From an archaeon (GTDB lineage Archaea; Asgardarchaeota; Thorarchaeia; Thorarchaeales; Thorarchaeaceae): a DNA stretch of 32,000 nucleotides. The notes below the pieces were generated by a model, which worked only from the letters and a program-made list of their open reading frames with translations, was not told where the DNA came from and did not search any database. The translations under genes and the position numbers were made by a program. Shown here one piece after another: positions 24,092 through 32,000 of this stretch. The stretch covers positions 30,001 through 62,000 of the forward strand of contig JAJRZD010000082.1 of NCBI GenBank assembly GCA_024275415.1. The letters run 5' to 3'. Within the stretch, counting starts at the first letter, position 1. Every line of letters begins with the position of its first letter.

Positions 24092-26197
24092 ATGAAACAA
24101 ACAGCAACCGAAACTTGGTTGTCAGTTCTACTCGTCCTCGTATTGCTTCTTTCGATGGCAGTAAACACTCGAGATGTTTCTCCTGATTTGAGGATTGAGA
24201 CAAATCCCCCTCAACCAGAAGAGTCAACAATGGATGGATTAGTCAAACAGGCCACAGCCCCCTCTCTTTGGCTAGAAAACGCCACTGTCAAGGTTTTCCG
24301 TGCCACTGATCCCAGCATTTCTTTGCACACCATACCAAGAATTGCCAGCACGATGCAACTGGCTGTTGCCAGAAATGGAGTGGACTTCTTTCAGGCAGTT
24401 GTCACAGCTGGGGCATCCTCTCTCACGAGTGTGTCCATATCAGTCAGTGATCTAAAGGGTTCAGGAACGAACCAAATCGGCTCAAATAACGTTCGTATCT
24501 TTCTTGAATACTATATCAACGTACGTTCGAATACTTGGTACGAAAGCGTCATCAATTATGAGCTGGGATATTACCCTGACGCGCTAGTTCCCTTGAGTTC
24601 GCCATTCGATGTTGCTGCGGGCCAGAATCAACCATTATGGATTGAGATCAAGATCCCTAGTAGCGCCATCTCAGACACCTACACAGGCACACTTACTTTC
24701 TCAGGGGGGATCTCAGGTACTCTAACTTTCAGTGTCAAAGTTCTGGATTTCGTTATTCCATCCAAGACAGGGTTATTCAACCCAGCGTATGCAGACTTCT
24801 GGGAACTTGACCCTAATGGTGCCATGTCAGAATCAGAATTCGACAGCCTAGTTCAAACCTACACAGAATTCTTCGCAGACCGTGATATCTGCGTAACTGA
24901 CTCGATTGATTTTGCCGATGCGCCCATGGAAACAGGAGGCACTTGGGAGTTCAGCAGTTGGCTAGATGGTATGCGCCCTCTCTTGGACGGGGGTCTTCGA
25001 AATGCCTTTCAACCCCCCGTGCTCAGAGTGCCAGTTGACTTCGTTATTCTTGGTGAAGATGAAACCACGGCACATTCAACAAGTGCTCAAAACAAGTATG
25101 TCGATTTTCTCATCGAGTTCAAGACATTCATCACGTCTCAAGCAGTCATCTCACCTGACACGAAATGGTACGTTTGGATTGATGAACTGGACGAACCCGA
25201 TTCTGACAACATGGCTTCGCTAATAGCACTATACTCAAATCTGACAGAACAGGTCAATGACGAAGACTTCCAGTTTCACTATCGTGTGGATGGATCCATC
25301 GATTGGCAGAGTGAGTCAATCGCAATCGACTTGAAGACAGACCCTACAGATTGGACTGACCTTTCTGACAAGTTTACAATTTGGCTGACCCCTATAGAAG
25401 ATTTCGAGTTTGATTTACAGTATGTTCAGGAGAGGCTAGGTGAGAACAGAAAGATTCTGATTTACCAACAGGCGTGGACTGCTCTAGATGTAGGAGATGA
25501 AGATATTCCTCCCGGTTTTCCAAATCGCATCTACGAATTTCCATCGTTGCCAGGAATTGTCAACCCAGCTCTCTTTCATCGAATTCTTCCGTGGTTTGCG
25601 TGGAAGTATCATGCTGCAGGTATTGGCTTTTGGGCCACGATGGCTTGGTACAATGCATTGACAGACACAATGGTCGATGTCTGGACGGCTGACCCAGCGT
25701 TATGGATCATAGGCGGCGAGAATCCTCTTCAATCACAGAATGGAGATGGGTTCCTAGTCTACCCGGGCGACAAGGTGCAGCAACACACAGGACAAGATGA
25801 TGTTAAGGGTCCTGTGTCATCTATTCGGCTGGAGTTGTTCCGAAAAGGGTTAGAAGACTACAAGTATCTTAGCCTTCTTACTAACAACCAAGACGCACTT
25901 GGGAATCCAGCAGAGCAGCTGATCATAGACACACAAACCGTATTGGCTTCAATAAGCTCCTTTGAGCGCGATTACACGAAGTATGACAATCTGATATACC
26001 AAATCAAAGAGTTGCTTCACAAAAACTCGTTGTTATTGGAAACAGCACTGCCACTAATAGACTGGAATCTGCCTAGTGAATCTTCAACACCAGCTTTCAC
26101 AAGTGGCAACGAAGTGACTCTTGTGTTGTATATCACATTTGGGGCAATCGGAGTGACCACCGTTGTGATCTGGATAATCAGGTACAAGAAAAGATAG
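24092..26197 (+). CDS. Membrane-anchored extracellular glycoside hydrolase-like protein (GH123 / DUF4091 type)
   Basis: Signal/TM at the N-terminus, YPDALVP and NQPLWIEI N-domain motifs, acidic DELDEP motif, C-terminal GDGFLVYPG...SSIRLELFRKGLEDYKYL (DUF4091), and a C-terminal TM with a KKR tail. Confidence 0.75.
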   Translation: MKQTATETWLSVLLVLVLLLSMAVNTRDVSPDLRIETNPPQPEESTMDGLVKQATAPSLWLENATVKVFRATDPSISLHTIPRIASTMQLAVARNGVDFFQAVVTAGASSLTSVSISVSDLKGSGTNQIGSNNVRIFLEYYINVRSNTWYESVINYELGYYPDALVPLSSPFDVAAGQNQPLWIEIKIPSSAISDTYTGTLTFSGGISGTLTFSVKVLDFVIPSKTGLFNPAYADFWELDPNGAMSESEFDSLVQTYTEFFADRDICVTDSIDFADAPMETGGTWEFSSWLDGMRPLLDGGLRNAFQPPVLRVPVDFVILGEDETTAHSTSAQNKYVDFLIEFKTFITSQAVISPDTKWYVWIDELDEPDSDNMASLIALYSNLTEQVNDEDFQFHYRVDGSIDWQSESIAIDLKTDPTDWTDLSDKFTIWLTPIEDFEFDLQYVQERLGENRKILIYQQAWTALDVGDEDIPPGFPNRIYEFPSLPGIVNPALFHRILPWFAWKYHAAGIGFWATMAWYNALTDTMVDVWTADPALWIIGGENPLQSQNGDGFLVYPGDKVQQHTGQDDVKGPVSSIRLELFRKGLEDYKYLSLLTNNQDALGNPAEQLIIDTQTVLASISSFERDYTKYDNLIYQIKELLHKNSLLLETALPLIDWNLPSESSTPAFTSGNEVTLVLYITFGAIGVTTVVIWIIRYKKR

Positions 26198-26255
26198 AAT
26201 GTGAATGACATTCATTGGATTCGTCCGTCTGCACTGTGTGACATAGCATAAATCA

Positions 26256-26519
26256 TCAGAGTTTGTTCAACTTGCGATGAACAGTGGAACATGGAAGTTT
26301 CGCCGTCCATTGTATGGCGATCTCTCCTTCTCCAATTACACAGATGTCTGCCTTGGTCTTTTCTAATATGATGTCTGGAATAGAAGTTGCATGGGCACCA
26401 CCAATGATTATTTTGGCATTGTGATTGACATCCTTTAAGATACGACTAAATCATTTCACGCACGTATAACTGGATATTATCCCTCCGATTCCCACAACAT
26501 CAAAATCGCTTAGACGACA
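26256..26519 (-). pseudogene. Fragment of a B12-binding-domain radical SAM protein
   Basis: Minus-strand translation FDVVGIGGIISSYTCVK*FSRILKDVNHNAKIIIGGAHATSIPDIILEKTKADICVIGEGE. It has an internal TGA, no start and no CxxxCxxC domain, and is not in the ORF track. Confidence 0.72.
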
Positions 26520-26552
26520 TCAGCAGCAAGAAGAATTAGAATGCAATTGGGA

Positions 26553-26744
26553 TTATGCTCCAAGATTGGCAATGTGATTAGCTTGTAGATATTTTTCGAT
26601 TCGTAGGATATCACCTCTACCTTGTGCTTTTAGAACAGTTTCGGTACTGATTGAATCAAAATTCAAATAATTTATGACCTTTGGGAGAAGAACTCTCATT
26701 GTATCGGGCTCTCCATGTCCTTCAACAATTGAAACTAAGTTCAT
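26553..26744 (-). pseudogene. DUF4276 (TOPRIM-like) N-terminal fragment
   Basis: IVEGHGE TOPRIM glutamate motif and KAQGRGDIL. Truncated before the DxD motif. Starts 5 nt after the ATPase fragment stop. Confidence 0.7.
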
Positions 26745-26749
26745 GAGTG

Positions 26750-27112
26750 CTACTCCTGTGAAGCAATTCGCAATCCTTCAATCTTGAGGAGTCCTCCAGT
26801 CGTGAAGAGTTTCGTCCTTACTACTTCAATTTGCTTCCTGTCAGGAGTGCTTATCCTGCTAATCCCATTTGACATTTCTACAATACGTAAATGTTCCACA
26901 TTGAAGAGAACGATGAGATATGGACTGTGTGTTGTAACGAGTGCCAGTGAATGGTCTGACGCTTCTATCAAAGATTCTGCGATGATTGGAAGTACTTCAG
27001 GATGCACAGTCAGTTCTGGCTCTTCAATTCCAATGATTGAGAGGGCAGGACCCGAATGGATTGTAGTAAAAATGGCCAGGAAACGGAGAGATCCATCCGA
27101 AACCTGAACCAA
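26750..27112 (-). pseudogene. ABC/AAA_21 ATPase C-terminal fragment
   Basis: Signature SDGSLRFL, Walker B IIGIEEPE, VHP and H-loop VTTHSPYL. No Walker A; an in-frame stop lies a few codons upstream. Confidence 0.78.
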
Positions 27113-27184
27113 TTGATATTGTGAGTTTTAGAGTCTGCAGCGTAGTCATTCTACAAGACTGGCGAAATCCCAGAGAATAGAAGA

Positions 27185-28183
27185 TTACCTCATCTTCTCC
27201 TCGTAGAAGATGTTAGGGTCGTAGGTCTTTGGCCATTCTGGAGCATTGTCGAGGATTACCTCTATCTCGTCCAGAGTTGATGCTGTGAGGTTCACATCTG
27301 ACGCCTTCACATTCTCTATCACATGCTCAGGCTTGGTCGCACCAATAAGGACAGCAGATATCTCAGGGCGCCTGAGAATCCAAGCCAGTGCAAGCTGCGT
27401 CATGGTGATGTCCATCGACTTTGCAATATCGGTTAATTTCACAATTTTCTGTCGTACCTCTTCGGTGAGGTACTTGAGGAACCCCTCGGACCGGCTACCG
27501 CGACTGCCTTCTGGAATCCCATCGTTGTACTTCCCGGTAAGGATTCCCTGATAGAGAGGACTCCAGACTGTGAAGCCCATTCCATGGCTCTGTGCCACAG
27601 GCATGATCTCCAGCTCGATGTGACGGAAGAGCATGTTGTACATCGGCTGCTCCACGATGGGTCTCTGAAGACCGTGTTCCTTCGCAATAGCATGGACGCG
27701 TTCCAGTTGAGCGGCTGTCCAGACCGATGTTCCCCAATACCTGATCTTACCGGAATGCACGAGGTCGTCCATCGTTTCAACGGTTTCTCGTAACGGCGTG
27801 GTGTGGTCGAACCTATGAAGATAGTAGATGTCTAAATGGTCAGTTCCCAGCCGTCCAAGCGTTCCCTCTATCGCATTCATGATATTCTTCCGACTGTTCC
27901 CCCAGTCAGTTATTGCATCGCTTGTGGGCCAGAAGACCTTGCTTGATATCACTATGTTCTTGCGGTCAATGGTTTCGTCGCGCAACCACTCGCCGATGAC
28001 CTGCTCTGCCTTCCCTCGGGCATAGATTTCGGCCGAGTCGATGAAGTTTATTCCTTCGTCAAGAGCTGTAGTCATGCACTGTTTTGCTATCTCGTTCTCT
28101 ACGGTGCCACCATAGGTCAACCAAGACCCTAGCGATAGCTCAGATATCTTCAATCCGCTTTTTCCAACACGTCGGTATCTCAT
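27185..28183 (-). CDS. Aldo/keto reductase (Kv-beta/Tas-like)
   Basis: LGSWLT, catalytic D..Y (FIDSAEIY), K (SSKVF), H (YLHRFD), WSPLYQG.LTGKY and QLALAW motifs. Confidence 0.92.
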   Translation of the reverse strand: MRYRRVGKSGLKISELSLGSWLTYGGTVENEIAKQCMTTALDEGINFIDSAEIYARGKAEQVIGEWLRDETIDRKNIVISSKVFWPTSDAITDWGNSRKNIMNAIEGTLGRLGTDHLDIYYLHRFDHTTPLRETVETMDDLVHSGKIRYWGTSVWTAAQLERVHAIAKEHGLQRPIVEQPMYNMLFRHIELEIMPVAQSHGMGFTVWSPLYQGILTGKYNDGIPEGSRGSRSEGFLKYLTEEVRQKIVKLTDIAKSMDITMTQLALAWILRRPEISAVLIGATKPEHVIENVKASDVNLTASTLDEIEVILDNAPEWPKTYDPNIFYEEKMR

Positions 28184-28564
28184 AGTATCTCCCACTCCAA
28201 ACCAACCGGTTAACTATATATAACTCATAGCTTGTGGTCTTTGCAGTAAGTGTCGAATGGCTCTTCAAAAATTGTAGATGGATTGAGTGATACAGGTAAC
28301 CGCATGGTAGGAATTAAGCACATATCTAAGGAGTCTTCTCAAAGAATTTGTGACTGTAATAGAAGGATTGTCAACATGTACACAAAACTAGGCAATCCTA
28401 GGTATCCTCTTGCAGTGGCTTGAATATCTTCGAAGGTATCAGCTGATGAGGTTATCGATACGTGAAGCAATACTCTGGAGTCATTCCTACTGCGGTTCAT
28501 CAAGGAGAAAACGATACTTTGGAACTTGCTGTTAACGGGTACAAAAAGGATAGAGAGAAAGAAT

Positions 28565-29374
28565 CTACTCAATAATAGATTGAATAACTTTTTTTGAAGT
28601 TCCTTTTCTCGCAATCCTCTGTTTTGCACCCCACCTAGTGATATTAAGACGTCTTTCGACTAGTTGGACATACTCCTCTTCCAGATCGCATAGGATTACT
28701 TTGCGTCCTAGACTCTCACAAACGACACCTGTTGTTCCAGAACCGCACATGGGATCCAAGACGACGTCGCCTTCCTTTGTGGTCATCTTTATTAAAGGTT
28801 CAAAAACTCTAGTAGGTTTTTGGGCGGGGTGACCAGTTTGTTCATGCTTGCGAACAAAACCTATTTCCAATGGGGCTTCTAATACAGACGTTGGTCCTGG
28901 TATATAACGAAGTTTTCCTTCAGCCTGTTTTCTCAGCTGTTTTTCATTTAGAAAGTGTTCGGGATATATCATTGCATTAGGCTTAGAAAAATGAAGACAA
29001 GCATTCTGTGCAGACCGCCACCCTCTTTGGACACTTGGACAGTTCTTATAGTACCATGTCAGCCATGTATTGAATACAAGTCCTTCTGGAATATGATTCA
29101 ACACTCGGTAGACGATTTCTGGAAATCCCCACAAGAAAATATGGTCGCTTATTCGTGCTGATTCGGTTAGAATAAGCACTAGCCATTCAATGTAATCATT
29201 CCGAACGCCTCCTACTCCGGAATTGTACCAAGGATCCAGAATTGTAGTAGTAATGGGCCTGTCAATCATCCTAAGAGTTTCGAGTACATCACCTGGGGGA
29301 AGAAGAAGAACGCCCTCATCTTGTAGTGCATCCCAAAATGATTCATCGATGAGTGACATGAAATTATCTCCCAT
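28565..29374 (-). CDS. Beta-class amino (N6-A/N4-C) DNA methyltransferase (alternative start 29359)
   Basis: Motif IV variant ILDPWY near the N-terminus, HPAQKP, and motif I VLDPMCGSGTT near the C-terminus (beta order). Divergent from the regulator and endonuclease genes. Confidence 0.87.
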   Translation of the reverse strand: MGDNFMSLIDESFWDALQDEGVLLLPPGDVLETLRMIDRPITTTILDPWYNSGVGGVRNDYIEWLVLILTESARISDHIFLWGFPEIVYRVLNHIPEGLVFNTWLTWYYKNCPSVQRGWRSAQNACLHFSKPNAMIYPEHFLNEKQLRKQAEGKLRYIPGPTSVLEAPLEIGFVRKHEQTGHPAQKPTRVFEPLIKMTTKEGDVVLDPMCGSGTTGVVCESLGRKVILCDLEEEYVQLVERRLNITRWGAKQRIARKGTSKKVIQSIIE

Positions 29375-29429
29375 GGTAGTGGCATATTGTCTAGTATTAT
29401 ATAAGTATAATGGTTGGAGGTTCAAATTT

Positions 29430-29705
29430 GTGCAAAAACTTTGTCGGGCACTGGGTAAAAAAAATGCCATCATATTAATGGAACTCCTAGAGAAAAGACA
29501 GGAAATACATTTCAATGAATTGACACGAGTTCTTGAAACTGACCCGAAAACAATTTCCCGTCGGCTGAATGAACAGATGGAGCTAGGTCTTATTCGCAAA
29601 CGAATAGAGGGAATTAATTCATATTATTCGCTAAGCGAAAAGGGATCAAAGGTTTTATCGATTCTTGAACAGCTTAAATCTCTGGATAGGAGGTTGAAAA
29701 GCTGA
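29430..29705 (+). CDS. Small winged-helix (HxlR/ArsR-like) regulator in the R-M locus
   Basis: GGAGG RBS at 29416-29420, then GTG 29430. HFNELTRVL..DPKTISRRLNE..ELGLIRK...YYSLSEKG wHTH pattern. Confidence 0.75.
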   Translation: MQKLCRALGKKNAIILMELLEKRQEIHFNELTRVLETDPKTISRRLNEQMELGLIRKRIEGINSYYSLSEKGSKVLSILEQLKSLDRRLKS

Positions 29706-29740
29706 ACAAGCCAGATATCGGAGAGATCAAAGGATCTTAT

Positions 29741-30358
29741 TTGCAAAGTAGTGTGAAAAAAAGGATTGAAGCATTGTTCCTTGATAACATTGGCAAAATT
29801 GTGACACGTGAAATGATAATTGAAGTTGCTAGAGATCCTAACTCGGGCGTAAATCCTGAGAATTGGCATCAGCGACTTTCTGAACTTAGAACGAACGATG
29901 GCTATGAGATACTTTCCTACAGGGATCGTAACTGGTTAAAAACAGGCCAATATCTAATGGAAACATCTGAGAAAAACGAACGTGCATCGTCACGGGTAAT
30001 AATTGACCCCGAAACATGGAAAGAAGTGCTGAAACGTGCTGGATATAGTTGTCAATGGAAAGATGGTAATACTGAATGCGGGCTAAAACAAGGGGATACA
30101 GATCCTGTTGGTGGTGGAACTGTAAGACTGACACCTGACCATCTTACACCACATTCAGTCGATCCAAAAATCGATCCTAAAGATCCTAACAAATGGCAAG
30201 CTTTGTGTGGAAGACATCAAATCATGAAAAAGAATTACTGGGATGACCAGACTGGGAAATTAAATACATATGCAATCGTTCAGTCTGCATCAATAGATGA
30301 GAAAAGGGAAATCTACAGGTTTCTGCAGCAGTTTTTTGGCGATGAAAATACTGAATGA
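29741..30358 (+). CDS. KpnI-like HNH type II restriction endonuclease
   Basis: RIEALFLDNIGK, PENWHQRLSELRT, DPVGGGTVRLTPDHLTPHS and WQALCGRHQIMKKNYWD closely follow the R.KpnI sequence as I recall it (from memory, not searched). Paired with a beta-class MTase. Confidence 0.82.
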   Translation: MQSSVKKRIEALFLDNIGKIVTREMIIEVARDPNSGVNPENWHQRLSELRTNDGYEILSYRDRNWLKTGQYLMETSEKNERASSRVIIDPETWKEVLKRAGYSCQWKDGNTECGLKQGDTDPVGGGTVRLTPDHLTPHSVDPKIDPKDPNKWQALCGRHQIMKKNYWDDQTGKLNTYAIVQSASIDEKREIYRFLQQFFGDENTE

Positions 30359-30613
30359 ATACTTGACTGTGGATGTATCCCGCAACTAAGGTTGCCAACA
30401 GTTGCACAAAACCTGTGGAGGAATATCTACCACTTAGTTCACTTGAAAATTGATGTGGATTTTCATATTTCCTAGATTATGAACAGTATTTTGATCGATA
30501 ATGCATATCCTTGCAATAACCTATTAGCATCAATGCTACATTTACCTCGAATAAATGATAAGACTGAGGCTCCAATAAGACTAAAATAAGTGTATATGAA
30601 ACTAATAGGCGAA

Positions 30614-32000
30614 ATGGTTTGCAGGGGATTTGTTGTGAAATCTCTCGATGACAGTGCAGAACGACTTGCCGAGTTTGGGCTGACGCAATATGAGGCAAAG
30701 GTCTATCTTGCAACGCTCAAGAGCGGACCTTCATCTGCAAGTCAGATCAGCAAGTTAGCTGGGATAAGAAGGGAAGAGGTCTATCGCACACTACCGAAAC
30801 TAGAGGAGTCCGGACTTGTTGAACGGGTGTTGGGACGCCCTGTGAGGTTCCAGGCTATCCCTCTCAGGGATGCTATCTCATTGCTTTTGAAGCGTAAAGA
30901 GGAAGAAACGCTCACAGAGCTACAAGAACTCGTTGGGAAAAAGAACGAACTGATTTCTGACATAGAATCGGAAGTCACGGTTGCCGAAAAAGAGGACGAG
31001 GACCAGCTCCTCCTGATTCCGAAAAAGGAGAGCGTTGCCCTTCGGATCGAGTCCCTCATGGAGTCGGCTCAGAACAACGTGGACATCATCGATTCTCCAC
31101 AGAATGTAGCGAGGCTCCTGTTGGACTTTGAGAGAGTCATAAAGGACGCACTTGACAGGAATGTCTCATTTAGGATCCTGACAGAATATCCTAGTGAAGA
31201 GGTCTTGCGACGGGTACTGGAGAACGGTCTTCCAGAGGGAGAGGTGCGACTTCGCTACATAGATGATATTCCTAGCAGGTACATTCATGTTGACGAGACA
31301 TCGGTCTTGCTTTCAACCTCACCCAAGGGCGATTTCACAGAGGGACAGGCCCTCCTGAGTCGAGATGTGAACCTTATTTCGATAATCAGACGGGACTTTG
31401 AAGAGCAGTTCAACAGGGCTGCTGACTGGTTCACATATATATCTAGACCCGAAGAAGACACACTGAGAGCATTAAAGCGTCTGAAACCTCGGGATCATGC
31501 CATCTTCTTTTACGATACTCTCGAACTGAAGCATAAGGTGTTGTTCGAGTACATCAAGTCGGTTCTTGACAGAGGGGAAGCAATCGGGTATATCTATTCT
31601 GAGGAGAATGAATCAGATATCATCAATACGCTACGGGAAACAGGAGTCAATGTGGATGCCAGTAGAAATAGCTCTGCATTGATGTTGATCCAGTATCAAA
31701 AGGTGTACCTGAATGATGGCATGTTCAACGCGCAGAATGTACTGGATTGTTGGAAACAACTCCATTCTGACGCAAGGAGCGCAGGGTTTGAGCGTTTCCA
31801 AGTCATCACTGAGATGGCGTATTTCACAACAAAGGATCTCATCGAAGGTCTCCTGACGTTCGAAAGATCGCTGCATCACACCATCGAAACTCCGATTGTA
31901 TCTGTCTGTGCTTACAATGCCTCGCTCTTGGGACAGATGGGAAATCCCATCAATCTGTTCTACGAATTGGCCAAGGTTCATGGCACGCTCCTGTATGCGG
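30614..32000 (+). CDS. TrmB-family regulator with C-terminal MEDS domain (3'-truncated by window edge; alternative GTG start 30635)
   Basis: FGLTQYEAKVYL...SQISKLAGIRREEVYRTLPKLEESGLV (TrmB wHTH), a coiled coil, a middle effector-like domain, then LKPRDHAIFFY...RGE (MEDS) in the same frame. Runs off the window, so it is absent from the ORF track. Confidence 0.82.
   Translation, partial: MVCRGFVVKSLDDSAERLAEFGLTQYEAKVYLATLKSGPSSASQISKLAGIRREEVYRTLPKLEESGLVERVLGRPVRFQAIPLRDAISLLLKRKEEETLTELQELVGKKNELISDIESEVTVAEKEDEDQLLLIPKKESVALRIESLMESAQNNVDIIDSPQNVARLLLDFERVIKDALDRNVSFRILTEYPSEEVLRRVLENGLPEGEVRLRYIDDIPSRYIHVDETSVLLSTSPKGDFTEGQALLSRDVNLISIIRRDFEEQFNRAADWFTYISRPEEDTLRALKRLKPRDHAIFFYDTLELKHKVLFEYIKSVLDRGEAIGYIYSEENESDIINTLRETGVNVDASRNSSALMLIQYQKVYLNDGMFNAQNVLDCWKQLHSDARSAGFERFQVITEMAYFTTKDLIEGLLTFERSLHHTIETPIVSVCAYNASLLGQMGNPINLFYELAKVHGTLLYA

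Overview
Archaeal genomic window, roughly 45-50% GC by eye, with GGTGA/GGAG-type RBSs, archaeal TyrS, IorAB and a TrmB-MEDS regulator. The gene content is consistent with an Asgard (Thorarchaeia-like) host, but that assignment is inference. Housekeeping and metabolic genes: iorAB, a thioredoxin-reductase-like flavoprotein, a P1B metal ATPase divergent from nikR, a redox cluster (ferritin-like, thioredoxin-like, HxlR/DUF24 regulator, 4Fe-4S protein), isoaspartyl peptidase, a sensor kinase, a MacB/LolCDE-type ABC pair, tyrS, a GH123/DUF4091-like surface glycosidase and an aldo-keto reductase. Interleaved with them are defence and mobile remnants: a cas-less CRISPR array (22 repeats, 21 spacers, 7427-8880), a 766-bp internally deleted IS4-type element with perfect 17-bp terminal inverted repeats near the leader, a HEPN-MNT toxin-antitoxin pair, two broken ABC-ATPase/DUF4276 (TOPRIM-like) modules, and an AT-rich KpnI-like restriction-modification locus with a winged-helix regulator. 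The most unusual signal is in the spacers: 8 of 21 contain perfect inverted repeats of 7-9 bp (about 0.4 expected by a rough estimate), and two spacers share the same 20-nt hairpin in different flanking contexts. All protein family calls come from motif recognition and memory, not database searches.
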